Below are positions 1 through 9,597 of a DNA stretch of 64,000 bases, one piece after another (within the stretch, counting starts at the first letter, position 1; each line of letters begins with the position of its first letter). Source of the stretch: Gemmatimonadota bacterium (GTDB taxonomy: Bacteria > Gemmatimonadota > Gemmatimonadetes > Palauibacterales > Palauibacteraceae); NCBI GenBank assembly GCA_046484665.1, contig JAWOIN010000180.1:333-64332 (forward strand), read 5' to 3'. Made by a program: the position numbers and the translations under genes. The notes beneath the pieces were generated by a model that was not told the origin of the DNA, did not search any database, and was given only the letters and a program-made list of their open reading frames with translations.

Positions 1-905
1 CACCCCTCGGTGCGCCCGGCCAGCAGGCCCCCGCGGCGGTCCCGGCGCGGATTGCCCCGGACGACGCAGGCGCGCGCTGGTTCCCCGACCGCTTCGTGAC
101 CTCGCCGTTCCTCGCGGCGCCGCGCGAGGTCCGGCTGCAGGGCGGCTTCTTCGCGGCGGAGCGGGACGCCGACCCGGGGTACGACGGCCGGAACGTGGAG
201 GCGGAGGTCGCGGTCGGCTACCGCGTCCCCGTCGTGCGCCTGGCGGACCGCGGGCCCGACGGCCCGGCGGTCGACCTCGGGTTCGAGGTGGGGACCTGGT
301 CGCGCTTCTACATGGAGGCCACGACGCGGGACCTCGTGGGAGTCGACTACCGGGTCGGCGCCCCGCTCGGCCTCCGCTGGCGACGGCTCGAGGGCCGGCT
401 CACGCTGCACCACACGAGCGCGCACCTGGGGGACGACTACGTGGACCGGTTCGGCGTTCCGGCCTACCAGGTCTCGCGCGAGGCGCTGGAGCTGGTGCTC
501 GCGGTCCGGCCGCTCGCCCCGGTGCGCTTGTACGGCGGCGGCGAGTGGAACGTCGGCCGCGGATCGGACTACGCCCCGGGCACGACGGAGACCTTCCACA
601 CGGTCGAGCGGTGGACGCTGAGGGCCGGGGCCGAGTACGACGCGCGCGCGTCGAGCCGGGGGAGCGTACGGCCGTTCGCCGCGGTGAACCTGGAGACGAC
701 CGACTGGACGGACCGGCTGGCCACCCAGGCGCGGGCGGGCATCGCCTTCCGGGTCCGGTCGATCCGGGTCCTGCTCGACGCGCAATGGCGGGACGGGCCG
801 TCCACGCTGGGGCAGTTCCGCACGGCCGACGAGAGCATGCTCGGCGTGGGCATGGAGGTCCAGCTCGGCGGCCTGATCCCGCCGGGACCGGCGGGCGGAG
901 GCTGA
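1..905 (+). CDS. DUF1207-like protein, 5' end probably outside window
   Basis: The frame of ORF 96..905 stays open back to base 3 (ARWFPDRFVTSPFLAAPRE). It has an HHTSAHLGDDY motif and alternating beta-strand-like pattern as in DUF1207, and high GC3. Confidence 0.6.
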   Translation, partial: PLGAPGQQAPAAVPARIAPDDAGARWFPDRFVTSPFLAAPREVRLQGGFFAAERDADPGYDGRNVEAEVAVGYRVPVVRLADRGPDGPAVDLGFEVGTWSRFYMEATTRDLVGVDYRVGAPLGLRWRRLEGRLTLHHTSAHLGDDYVDRFGVPAYQVSREALELVLAVRPLAPVRLYGGGEWNVGRGSDYAPGTTETFHTVERWTLRAGAEYDARASSRGSVRPFAAVNLETTDWTDRLATQARAGIAFRVRSIRVLLDAQWRDGPSTLGQFRTADESMLGVGMEVQLGGLIPPGPAGGG

Positions 906-927
906 GCCCCGCCCGCCTGTCTCCGGC

Positions 928-2499
928 TCACTGCTCGAGCACCTCGAGCATCAGCTCCCGCGCCCGCGGGTCGCCGGAGCGGCCGACCCAGAAGATCGCC
1001 TGCTGCCGAAGCTCCGGGTCGGTCTCCGTCCGGGCGATCTCGATCAGCGCATCGATCGCCTTCGGGTCCCGGCTCTGGGTCAGCGCGAACAGCGCCTGCT
1101 CCCTCATCCCGCGGCTCGCGGCCGCGCGGCACATCCCCCCGCGCCGCACCGGCGAGGCGGAGCAGGAGCGGGCCGCCGCGAACAGGGCCATCTCGCGGAT
1201 CTGCGGCTGCTCCGCCTCGTCGGCCGCGATTCCGAGCAGGAGATCCCCGCTCACCGAGCCAGGCATCTGCGAGAGCCCGAACAGGACCGCCTCGCGCGCC
1301 TGCGCCTGGTCCTTCGGGATCGTCCGCAGCTGCTGCTCGAGGAACCGCGCGTTCTCCGGCGACGGGTCCCGGGACAGCCCGTGCAGGGCCATCGCCCGCA
1401 CGCCGGGATCGACGTCCGTGCGGGCCGCCACATCCCGCAGCGTCTCGGAGGCGAGCGCCCCCTTCTTCCTGGTGAGGGCGACCAGGGCCGCCTCCTGGAG
1501 CTCCGGGCTCCCGCTCCCGAGCGCCTCACGGAGCGCCGCGGTGGCCCGCGGGTCGTCGGACCGGGCGAGCCAGTGCGCCGCTCCCATCCGCACCTCCGGG
1601 TCCGGGTCGTTCCGGAGCACGTCGAGCATCAGGTCGTTCGTGCGAGGCTCGGCCTCCAGCCGCGCCGCGAGGAACACGGCCTGCCGGCGGAGCTCCGCCG
1701 ACTCCCGCCTCCGATCCTGCAGCGTCTTCTCCAGGATCGGCCGGGCCGTCGCCGGGTCGGACTCGAGCAGCGCCTGGAGCGCGAACATCTTGAGCTCCGC
1801 CTCCCGCTGCGTGGCCCGCTCCTGCTCGCTCAGGCCCTTGTCGCGAGCCCGTTCGACATCGCGCGCCGCCCGTTCCGCATCGCGGGCGATCGCCTCGGCG
1901 TCGCGCTGGATCCGGACCTGCTGCTCGTGGACCCGGACCTGCTGCTCCACGGCCCGCTCCACCTGGCGCTCCATTCGCTCGGCCTCCCGCTGCAGGGCCT
2001 CCGCGGCGCGAGCGTCACCCAGCCGGGCGAGCTCGGCCTGGACGCGGATCGCGAGATCCTGCGCGTCGGGCCGGGTCGATGCGTCGGGGAACCGCGCGAG
2101 CTGGGAGTCCAGCGCCGCCAGCGACGACCGGTAGTTCGAGCGGCCGCCGATCTTGTAGAGCGCGAGCGCCTGGTAGTAGAGCGCGTCCGCCGCGTACTCC
2201 GGCTCCCGCTCGGCCGCCAGCCGGAACAGGTTCACTGCCTTCGCGTAGTCGCCCGCGTTCAGGGCCCTGCGCGCCGCCCTGTACAGCGTGTCCGCCGCGC
2301 TCGGAGCCTCCACAAGCCGCACCGCACCGACCGGACGCGCGGTCCCGTCGGGGGCCGTCGCCCAGGCAAGCGCCGCCGGCGCGGCGGGCGCGGCCGGCGG
2401 CAGCTCGCCGCCCGCCTGCGCCCGGCCCGTCGCGGGCAGCGCGAGAGCCAGTCCCGCGACCGCGGCCAGCGCCAGGATTCCCCTCTCGATCCCGTTCAT
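928..2499 (-). CDS. Secreted HEAT/TPR-repeat protein
   Basis: ATG at 2499 gives MNGIERGILALAAVAGLALALPATGRAQA, a signal peptide. Repeated HEAT-like units follow (DPEVRMGAAHWLARS, DPGVRAMALHGLS, DPELRQQAIFWVG). It is last in the operon with the sigma and anti-sigma genes. Confidence 0.75.
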   Translation of the reverse strand: MNGIERGILALAAVAGLALALPATGRAQAGGELPPAAPAAPAALAWATAPDGTARPVGAVRLVEAPSAADTLYRAARRALNAGDYAKAVNLFRLAAEREPEYAADALYYQALALYKIGGRSNYRSSLAALDSQLARFPDASTRPDAQDLAIRVQAELARLGDARAAEALQREAERMERQVERAVEQQVRVHEQQVRIQRDAEAIARDAERAARDVERARDKGLSEQERATQREAELKMFALQALLESDPATARPILEKTLQDRRRESAELRRQAVFLAARLEAEPRTNDLMLDVLRNDPDPEVRMGAAHWLARSDDPRATAALREALGSGSPELQEAALVALTRKKGALASETLRDVAARTDVDPGVRAMALHGLSRDPSPENARFLEQQLRTIPKDQAQAREAVLFGLSQMPGSVSGDLLLGIAADEAEQPQIREMALFAAARSCSASPVRRGGMCRAAASRGMREQALFALTQSRDPKAIDALIEIARTETDPELRQQAIFWVGRSGDPRARELMLEVLEQ

Positions 2500-2509
2500 C
2501 GTCCCCTCC

Positions 2510-3247
2510 CTACATCCGCACCGTGCCCGTTCCGCCCGCGGCCGTGGCCGCACGGAGACGGAACAGGAGCCGGCGCTGGTCCATTCCCTCGTCGATCCAC
2601 TCCAGCTCCTCCGAGTCGCCCTCGCGGAGCTGCGCGATCTGCGTCAGCACGATCTCCAGGTCGTCCAGCAGCGCCCTCAGCTGCGGGTCGTCCGCGGCCG
2701 GCGACCCCAGCAGCAGACGGGTCCGGGTGAGGAGCGGCCTCGCCCACTCCCGCACCTCCACCACCGACTCCTCGGCCGCTCCCCCGGCCCGGACCATCGT
2801 CAGGAAGGTCTCGCTGCGATCGAGCAGCTGCCCGGCCGCGGCGCGATACGGGAGCGACTCCGCGGCCGACTCCCGCCCGGAGTCCGGCACCGCCGTCGCG
2901 ACTCCGCCGGCGTCGGCCACGATCGAGCCCTCCGGTCCCGTCGCCGGCCGCTCGGAGATCCTGCCGAGCGCGACGCCGAGCGCCAGCGCCGCCGCGATCC
3001 CGATCCACCACGGCTTCGGCCGCAGTGCCTGACGGAAACCCCGGCCCCGGCCCGGGTCGCCGTTACTCCCGCGGCCGTCCCGGACCGGATCGCGTCCGGC
3101 CCGCGCCTCGCGGATGCCCGCCCAGATCTCCTCGCGCGGCGTCTCCGGCGGCGGGTTCCAGTGCCGCCGCGCCGCCTCGCTCAGTCCGCGCACGAACGCC
3201 TCCTCGACCTCGGGGCCGGGATCGGCGCCGCCGTTTCCGTCGCTCAT
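2510..3247 (-). CDS. Membrane-spanning anti-sigma factor
   Basis: ATG at 3247 overlaps the sigma-factor stop (ATGA). There is a single TM helix (PKPWWIGIAAALALGVALG). The upstream part of tracked ORF 2510..3931 is the antisense shadow of the sigma gene. Confidence 0.7.
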   Translation of the reverse strand: MSDGNGGADPGPEVEEAFVRGLSEAARRHWNPPPETPREEIWAGIREARAGRDPVRDGRGSNGDPGRGRGFRQALRPKPWWIGIAAALALGVALGRISERPATGPEGSIVADAGGVATAVPDSGRESAAESLPYRAAAGQLLDRSETFLTMVRAGGAAEESVVEVREWARPLLTRTRLLLGSPAADDPQLRALLDDLEIVLTQIAQLREGDSEELEWIDEGMDQRRLLFRLRAATAAGGTGTVRM

Positions 3248-3786
3248 GCCACCCACTCCTCCGCGAAGTCCGCCAGCTCGACCCGCAGCTTCGCCCGCGC
3301 CCGCGACAGCTGGGCCTTCGACGTGCCCTCGGCCACTCCGAGCGCCGCGGCGATCTCCTGGTGCGTGTATCCCTCCACGTCGTGCATCACGAACACCGTC
3401 CTGTATCCACGCGGCAGTCCCTCGATCGCCGTCCGCAGCCGGTCCCGGAGGTCCGGCTCCGCCCGCGCCCCGGCATCGCTCACGGCGCGCGCCGCCTCGA
3501 GCTCCCTCTCCCGGTCCCGGATCCGCCGCACCTTCCGCAGGCCGTTGAGCACCACCGACGCGGTGACCGAGTGCAGCCACGTCGCGAGCGACGACTCGCC
3601 CCGGAACCCGTCGATCCGGTCGAACGCACGGACGAACGCGTCCTGGGCGAGGTCCCGCGCGAGCACCTCGTCCCCCGTCATCCGGAAGGCGAGCCGGTAC
3701 ACGCGGTCCACGTGCCGCTCGTACAGGGCCCGCTCCGCCTCCGGGTCCCTTGCCTTCACGCGCTCGACCAGCTCTCGGTCGTCCAA
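3244..3786 (-). CDS. ECF (group 4) sigma-70 family RNA polymerase sigma factor
   Basis: Region 2 (DLAQDAFVRAF, ATWLHSV) and region 4 (YTHQEIAAALGVAEGTSKAQLSRARAKLR) motifs are present; 180 aa. Confidence 0.9.
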   Translation of the reverse strand: MDDRELVERVKARDPEAERALYERHVDRVYRLAFRMTGDEVLARDLAQDAFVRAFDRIDGFRGESSLATWLHSVTASVVLNGLRKVRRIRDRERELEAARAVSDAGARAEPDLRDRLRTAIEGLPRGYRTVFVMHDVEGYTHQEIAAALGVAEGTSKAQLSRARAKLRVELADFAEEWVA

Positions 3787-4010
3787 GGTCTTCCGGTCTC
3801 GAGTCTCGGAATCCGGCCTTCACACTGTCGGACACCGTCCGCGCGCAGACCGTTTCGTCGTCCGACAAGGTCGCACCGCGGCCGGTCCCGCGCGCCGGCT
3901 CCCGCGCGGCCGGCGGAGTTTGTCGCCCCACCCCCGGCTCTCTATCATTGACGGGCCGTCCGCCCGGCCGTGCCGGCCGGAACCGCGTCCGCCATCGGGG
4001 AGCCCGCGCG

Positions 4011-5648
4011 ATGTCCCTTATCCACGAGCTCGAGGCGCTGCAGGAGGAGCGCGGACACCTCGATTCCGAGGCCCTCCGGGAGCTCGCGCACCGGCTGGGC
4101 GTCCCCCCGTACCGCCTGCAGGAGCTCGTCTCCTTCTACCCGCACTTCCGCTCCGGGCCTCCCGCACCCGTCGAAGTGCACGTCTGCCGCGACATGAGCT
4201 GCCACCTCGCGGGCGGAACCGGGCTCCGCGAGCGCGTCGCGAAGGCGTTCGAGGGCCGAGGCGACGTCCGGGTGTCGGAGGCCTCGTGCCTCGGGATCTG
4301 CGAGCTCGCGCCCGCGGCCCGGGTGAACGGCGCGCCCGCACGGGCGGACCCCCCGGCGGCGCTCGCCGCGTCCGTCGCCGCCGGGGGACCGCCGGCCTGG
4401 CGGGCTCCCGACCGGAGCTGGCGGGCCGACCCCTACGGAGGAGACCGGCAGGCCGCCTACGAGACGTTCCGCGGCTTCCTCGCGCAGGCGGACCGGGTAC
4501 GGGCGGTCGACGGCCTGATCGCCGGGCTCGAGGCGAGCGGTCTGCGCGGGATGGGCGGGGCCGGCTTTCCGACCGGTCTCAAGTGGAAGATCGTCCGCGG
4601 CGAGGAGGTGACTCCGAAGTACGTCGTCTGCAACGCGGACGAGAGCGAGCCCGGCACGTTCAAGGATCGGGTGATCCTCGAGCAGCTCCCGCACCTCGTG
4701 CTGGAGGGGATGATGCTGGGCGGGCTCGCGGTCGGCGCGGAGACCGGGATCGTCTACCTGCGGCACGAGTACGGGACGGCCCGCGCGGCGCTCGAGGCCG
4801 AGATCGCGCGGGCGCGGGACACGGGCTGGCTCGGCGACGACATCCTGGGCTCCGGCTTCTCGTTCGACGTCGAGCTGTTCGTCTCCCCGGGCGGCTACAT
4901 CCTCGGCGAGGAGACCGCGCTGCTCGAGGCGCTCGAGGACCGTCGCGGAGAGCCCCGCAACAAGCCGCCCTTCCCGGGGCAGAAGGGCCTGCACGGCAGG
5001 CCGACCCTGATCAACAACGTGGAGACCTTCGCCTGGGCGACCACGATCGCGGCGCGGGGCGCCGACTGGTGGAAGGCGCAGGGCGTGAACGGCGCGGCCG
5101 GCCTCAAGGCGATAGCCGTCTCGGGCCATGTGGAACGTCCCGGCGTCTACGAGATCCCGATGGGCACGACGGTGGCCGAGCTGATCGGACTCGCGGGCGG
5201 CGTGCTCGGAGGACGGACGCTCAAGGGATTCGCGCCGGGCGGCGCCTCCTCGCACTTCCTCCCCGCTGAGAAGGCGGACACGCCGATCGACTTCGGGGCG
5301 CTCGCCGAGGCGGGAAGCATGATGGGATCCGGGGCGCTCGTGGTCGTCGCCGAGGGCACGGAGATGCTGCCGCTCGCCGCGAACGTGGTGCGCTTCTTCC
5401 GCGACGAGTCGTGCGGGAAGTGCGTCCCCTGCCGGGACGGCTCGCAGAAGGCGGTGACGATGCTGGAGCGCGCGATCGAGGACGGGACGCCCCTCGACCC
5501 GGCGGCGCTCGGGAAGCTGGAGGAGCTCCTGGTCGAGACCTCGATCTGCGGGCTCGGGTACGTCGTCCTGAACCCGCTCGTCTCGGCGGCGAGGCACTGG
5601 CCGGAAGAGTTCCCCGGCTGGGATGACGGGAAGGGAGGCGCGGCGTGA
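4011..5648 (+). CDS. NAD-dependent formate dehydrogenase beta subunit (fused NuoE-like 2Fe-2S plus NuoF-like FMN/4Fe-4S)
   Basis: ATG at 4011. N-terminal CRDMSC...CLGIC thioredoxin-like 2Fe-2S motif, GLRGMGGAGFPTGLKW FMN/NADH motif and ESCGKCVPCR 4Fe-4S motif. Its stop overlaps the start of the alpha subunit. Confidence 0.85.
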   Translation: MSLIHELEALQEERGHLDSEALRELAHRLGVPPYRLQELVSFYPHFRSGPPAPVEVHVCRDMSCHLAGGTGLRERVAKAFEGRGDVRVSEASCLGICELAPAARVNGAPARADPPAALAASVAAGGPPAWRAPDRSWRADPYGGDRQAAYETFRGFLAQADRVRAVDGLIAGLEASGLRGMGGAGFPTGLKWKIVRGEEVTPKYVVCNADESEPGTFKDRVILEQLPHLVLEGMMLGGLAVGAETGIVYLRHEYGTARAALEAEIARARDTGWLGDDILGSGFSFDVELFVSPGGYILGEETALLEALEDRRGEPRNKPPFPGQKGLHGRPTLINNVETFAWATTIAARGADWWKAQGVNGAAGLKAIAVSGHVERPGVYEIPMGTTVAELIGLAGGVLGGRTLKGFAPGGASSHFLPAEKADTPIDFGALAEAGSMMGSGALVVVAEGTEMLPLAANVVRFFRDESCGKCVPCRDGSQKAVTMLERAIEDGTPLDPAALGKLEELLVETSICGLGYVVLNPLVSAARHWPEEFPGWDDGKGGAA

Positions 5649-8584
5649 GCGGGCGCGAGACGCGAGCCGGGATGGTGCGGCTGACGATCGACGGGAAGGC
5701 CGTGGAGGTGCCGGCGGGCACCACGATCTGGGACGCCGCGAAGGCGGCCGGGATCGAGATCCCCGTGCTCTGTCACGACCCCCGGCTCCCGCCGGTCGGG
5801 GTGTGCCGGGTCTGCCTGGTCGACGTGGGCGAGAGGCGGCTGACCGCCTCGTGCGTGCGGGAGGCGGCGGACGGCATGGCCGTCGCCACGGCGAACGCGA
5901 AGATCGACGGGCTGCGGAAGGGCCTGGTCGAGCTCCTGCTCTCGGACTATCCGGTCGACGCCGGCGGCACGGGGAGGAAGACGGAGCGCGACGAGCTCCG
6001 CGGGCTGGCGGAGCGGTACGGAGTCGCGTGGCCCGGTCTCGCCGCGGAGGGCGCGGCCCGGGGGCTCACCGGCGGGCCGGCGGGCGACGGGTCCGGCCCG
6101 GGACCGCGGACGGTTGCCGTGGCCGGGATCCCGAGCGGGAACGGGCGGCCGATCGACTCCTCCTCGCCCGTGATCCGTGTGGACCACCAGGCCTGCATCC
6201 TGTGCGACCGCTGCATCCGGGCCTGCGACGACGTTCAGGTGAACAACGTGATCGGGCGGACCGGGAAGGGCTACGCGACCCGGATCGCGTTCGACCTGGA
6301 CGACCCGATGGGCGCCTCGACCTGCGTCTCGTGCGGCGAGTGCGAGAAGGCCTGCCCCACCGGCGCGCTCACCCTGGTCGAGCTCGTGGAGCGGCCGCCG
6401 TCCGCCCCGAAGACGGAGCTGACGAAGGTCGACTCGGTCTGCCCGTACTGCGGGGTCGGGTGCGCGATCTCGTACTACGTCGACGAGCCGAAGAACCGGA
6501 TCGTCTACGCGGACGGCCGGGAGAGCCCCGTGAACCACGAGCGGCTGTGCGTGAAGGGCCGATACGGCTTCGACTACGCGGCGCACCCGCAGCGGCTGAC
6601 GAAGCCGCTGGTCCGGCGCGACTCCGCCTACCCGAAGGGGCCGCTCTCGTCCGAGACCGCCTCCTCGAACGGGAAGCGGCGGAGGCCCGGCGGGCTCGTG
6701 GACTACGACGAGGTCCTGCCCCACTTCCGGGAGGCGAGCTGGGAGGAGGCGCTCGAGCTCGTCGGGCGGCGCCTGCGGGAGATCCGCGAGGAGGGCGGCC
6801 CCTCCGCGCTCGCGGGGTTCGGGAGCGCGAAGTGCTCGAACGAGGAAGCCTACCTGTTCCAGAAGCTGATCCGGGCCGGGTTCGGGACGAACAACGTCGA
6901 CCACTGCACGCGGCTCTGCCACGCCTCCTCCGTCGCGGCGCTGCTCGAGACGATCGGCTCCGGCGCGGTGACGAACGTGTTCGCCGACGTCGAGAACGCG
7001 GACGTGGCGCTGATCGCCGGCTCCAACACGACGGCGAACCACCCCGTCGCCGCCACCTTCATGAAGCAGGCGGCGAAGTCGGGGCGGACGAAGATCATCG
7101 TGGTCGAGCCGCGGCACGTCGAGATCGCAGACCACGCCGAGGTCTTCCTCCAGCTCCGCCCGGGCACGGACGTGGCGATGTACAACGCCTGGATGCACGT
7201 CCTGATCGAGGAGGGGCTGGTCGACGAGGCGTACGTCCGGGACCACACCGAGGGCTTCGGGGCGCTGAAGGATCTGGTCGCCCACTATCCGCCGGAGGTG
7301 GCGGCCGAGCTGTGCGGCGTGAGCGCCGCCGAGATCCGCCGGGCCGCCCGCCTGTTCGGGAGCGCGGAGGCGGCGATCGTGTTCTGGGGGATGGGGATCT
7401 CCCAGCACACGACGGGCACAAACAACTCGCGCTGCCTGATCTCCCTGATGCTGATGACCGGCAACGTGGGGCGGCCGGGGACCGGGCTGCACCCGCTGCG
7501 CGGGCAGAACAACGTGCAGGGCGCCTCGGACGCCGGACTGATCCCGATGGTCTTCCCGGACTACCAGAGCGTCGCCGACCCGGAGATCCGGGCGAAGTTC
7601 GAGCGTGCCTGGGGCGTGGAGCTCGAGCCGGAGCCGGGGCTCACCGTGGTCGAGATCATGCGGGAGGCGCTGGCCGGCAGGATCCGCGGCATGTACATGA
7701 TGGGCGAGAATCCGTTCCTCTCGGACCCGAACACGAACAAGGTGCGGAAGGCGCTCGCCGCGCTCGACTTCCTGGTGGTTCAGGACATCTTCCTCACGGA
7801 GACGGCCGAGTTCGCGGACGTGATCCTGCCCGCCACCTCGTTCTTCGAGAAGGACGGCACCTACACGAACACGGACCGCCGGGTGCAGGTCGGCCGGAAG
7901 GCGCTCGACCCGCCCGGCGAGGCGCGCGAGGACTGGCGGATCGTGTGCGACGTGGCGACGGCGTGCGGCTACCCGATGGCTTACGGCTCGCCGTCGGAGA
8001 TCTTCGACGAGCTCACCTCCCTCGCCCCGTCCTACGCGGGGCTCACCTACGAGAACCTGGGGCTGACGGGGAAGCTCTGGCCCTGCCCCGACCCGGAGGG
8101 CGGGGACGGGATCCAGGTCCTGTTCGGCGACCGCTTCCCGACCCCGAGCGGGCGCGGGAAGTTCGTGCCCTGCGAGTTCGAGCCCGCGAAAGAGCTGCCG
8201 GACGAGGAGTACCCGTTCGTGCTGAACACGGGCCGCCTCCTCGAGCACTGGCACACGGGAACGATGACGCGGCGGGCGCGGGCGCTGCACGCGATCGCGC
8301 CGGCGCCGAAGGTGGAGGTGCACCCGGAGGACCTGGCGGCCCTCGGACTCGCCCACGGAGATCACGTCACCGTCGCGTCGCGGCGCGGCGAGATCACGCT
8401 CGAGGCGGAGGCGTCGCACCGGATGACCCCCGGCACGGTGTTCATCCCCTTCCACTTCCGGGAGGCGGCCGCGAACGTGCTCACGATCGACGAGCTCGAC
8501 CCGTACGGGAAGATCCCGGAGTTCAAGTTCTGCGCCGTGCGGCTGGAGGCGGCGGACCACGCGACCGGAGGAGGAGCGCCGTGA
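5645..8584 (+). CDS. Formate dehydrogenase alpha subunit (molybdopterin, Cys-type)
   Basis: N-terminal 2Fe-2S ferredoxin domain, CILCDRCIRAC and CVSCGECEKACP 4Fe-4S motifs, CPYCGVGC MopB cluster, and HCTRLCHASSV active-site region with Cys rather than an in-frame TGA. The GTG at 5645 overlaps the upstream stop; an alternative ATG lies at 5672. Confidence 0.9.
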   Translation: MSGRETRAGMVRLTIDGKAVEVPAGTTIWDAAKAAGIEIPVLCHDPRLPPVGVCRVCLVDVGERRLTASCVREAADGMAVATANAKIDGLRKGLVELLLSDYPVDAGGTGRKTERDELRGLAERYGVAWPGLAAEGAARGLTGGPAGDGSGPGPRTVAVAGIPSGNGRPIDSSSPVIRVDHQACILCDRCIRACDDVQVNNVIGRTGKGYATRIAFDLDDPMGASTCVSCGECEKACPTGALTLVELVERPPSAPKTELTKVDSVCPYCGVGCAISYYVDEPKNRIVYADGRESPVNHERLCVKGRYGFDYAAHPQRLTKPLVRRDSAYPKGPLSSETASSNGKRRRPGGLVDYDEVLPHFREASWEEALELVGRRLREIREEGGPSALAGFGSAKCSNEEAYLFQKLIRAGFGTNNVDHCTRLCHASSVAALLETIGSGAVTNVFADVENADVALIAGSNTTANHPVAATFMKQAAKSGRTKIIVVEPRHVEIADHAEVFLQLRPGTDVAMYNAWMHVLIEEGLVDEAYVRDHTEGFGALKDLVAHYPPEVAAELCGVSAAEIRRAARLFGSAEAAIVFWGMGISQHTTGTNNSRCLISLMLMTGNVGRPGTGLHPLRGQNNVQGASDAGLIPMVFPDYQSVADPEIRAKFERAWGVELEPEPGLTVVEIMREALAGRIRGMYMMGENPFLSDPNTNKVRKALAALDFLVVQDIFLTETAEFADVILPATSFFEKDGTYTNTDRRVQVGRKALDPPGEAREDWRIVCDVATACGYPMAYGSPSEIFDELTSLAPSYAGLTYENLGLTGKLWPCPDPEGGDGIQVLFGDRFPTPSGRGKFVPCEFEPAKELPDEEYPFVLNTGRLLEHWHTGTMTRRARALHAIAPAPKVEVHPEDLAALGLAHGDHVTVASRRGEITLEAEASHRMTPGTVFIPFHFREAAANVLTIDELDPYGKIPEFKFCAVRLEAADHATGGGAP

Positions 8585-8826
8585 GATTCCCGGGCGAGGA
8601 GACCCAGAAGGGCGTATACGTGGTGCTGAGCCGGCCAGTCGGCGAGGCCGGCCGCGAGTTCGTACGGGACCCGGTCTCCGACCCCGAGATCCACGTCGCG
8701 CTCGACGACCTCGAGCACGAAGACCAGCTCGTGGGAAAGCTGACGGGCATGGGCTGGCGCCTCACCTTCGTCGGCGGCGGCAGTCGCACCGACGAGACCC
8801 GGCGCTTCTACTTCCGGCGGATCTGA
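8581..8826 (+). CDS. Hypothetical 81-aa protein translationally coupled to the FDH alpha subunit
   Basis: GTG at 8581 overlaps the alpha-subunit TGA (GTGA). GC3 is very high. It is visible only as the tail of shadow ORF 5623..8826. No family recognised. Confidence 0.5.
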   Translation: MRFPGEETQKGVYVVLSRPVGEAGREFVRDPVSDPEIHVALDDLEHEDQLVGKLTGMGWRLTFVGGGSRTDETRRFYFRRI

Positions 8827-9089
8827 CCCCACCCGTCCGGTCCCCGCAGGCCTCCCAGCGAGGACGCGGGCCTTGACCGGCGGCCCGCCTTCCGGCGATG
8901 CTGGCCCCAGCGCGAAGGTCTCCGAGGCCCGGGCGCCGTTCCTCAGAATACAATCGCACTACCGGGGGATCATCCCCGCCAGCAGGGGACCCGGCCGCAG
9001 GGAGGCCGGGTCCGTACCGCGGACGTACGGCGTCCCGTGGCGACTCGCGCCCGGGCTTCGCGGCGTCCGCTCACGATGTGGAGGAGTTC

Positions 9090-9521
9090 ATGGTTCGTCG
9101 CACAATCCGTCTCGCCGCTGCCGCGCTGCTCGCGCTTCCCCTCGCCGCCGTCGCGCAGGACGCGGAGGACGAGCCGCAGATGCTTCAGATCTCCGCCTGG
9201 CAGTGCCCGATGGGCGGGGACATCTACGACGCGGTCGACGCCTGGTGGAACGAGAAGAACCTGCCGATCGCCCAGCAGCTGGTGGACGAGGGCAAGATCC
9301 AGAGCGCGGGCATCTTCTACCACGCGTGGGCGGACGAGTGGAACGTCCAGACCTACGTCATCGCGAAGGACATCCCCACGATCCTGGCGGCGGTCGAGGA
9401 GATGAACGAGCGCGGAACCGCGATGTATCCGGACGATGAAGGGCTCTCGAAGTGGTGCACGACGCACCGGGACGGCTTCTACCAGTTCGGGAAGAGCACC
9501 GAGGGCAACGACGAGGGCTGA
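9090..9521 (+). CDS. Secreted hypothetical protein
   Basis: GGAGGA lies 4 nt before the ATG at 9090. Signal peptide MVRRTIRLAAAALLALPLAAVAQD. No family recognised. Confidence 0.6.
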   Translation: MVRRTIRLAAAALLALPLAAVAQDAEDEPQMLQISAWQCPMGGDIYDAVDAWWNEKNLPIAQQLVDEGKIQSAGIFYHAWADEWNVQTYVIAKDIPTILAAVEEMNERGTAMYPDDEGLSKWCTTHRDGFYQFGKSTEGNDEG

Positions 9522-9545
9522 CCCCCTTCCGACGTTCCGGGTGCC

Positions 9546-9575
9546 GAAGGGCCGGGGATCGCTCCCCGGCCCTTC
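9546..9575. terminator. Bidirectional hairpin between convergent genes
   Basis: Perfect 13-bp stem GAAGGGCCGGGGA/TCCCCGGCCCTTC with a 4-nt loop, between the stops at 9521 and 9598. Confidence 0.6.
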
Positions 9576-9597
9576 TCGCATCCCGGACGCGGTCCGC

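Noticed and set aside
5645-8584. Possible selenocysteine (in-frame TGA plus SECIS) in the formate dehydrogenase alpha subunit.
   Set aside because: The ORF is uninterrupted and the active-site position reads Cys (CTRLCHASS), so this is a Cys-type enzyme.
545-8826. Very long tracked ORFs overlapping or antisense to the real genes (545..2134, 1381..2730, 2288..5269, 3945..5597, 5147..8560, 5623..8826).
   Set aside because: Their translations are Arg/Pro/Gly/Ala-rich, low-complexity and motif-free, and they overlap genes with clear family motifs. These are the stop-poor shadow frames expected at ~70% GC. Only the last 81 codons of 5623..8826 were kept, as a possible small gene.
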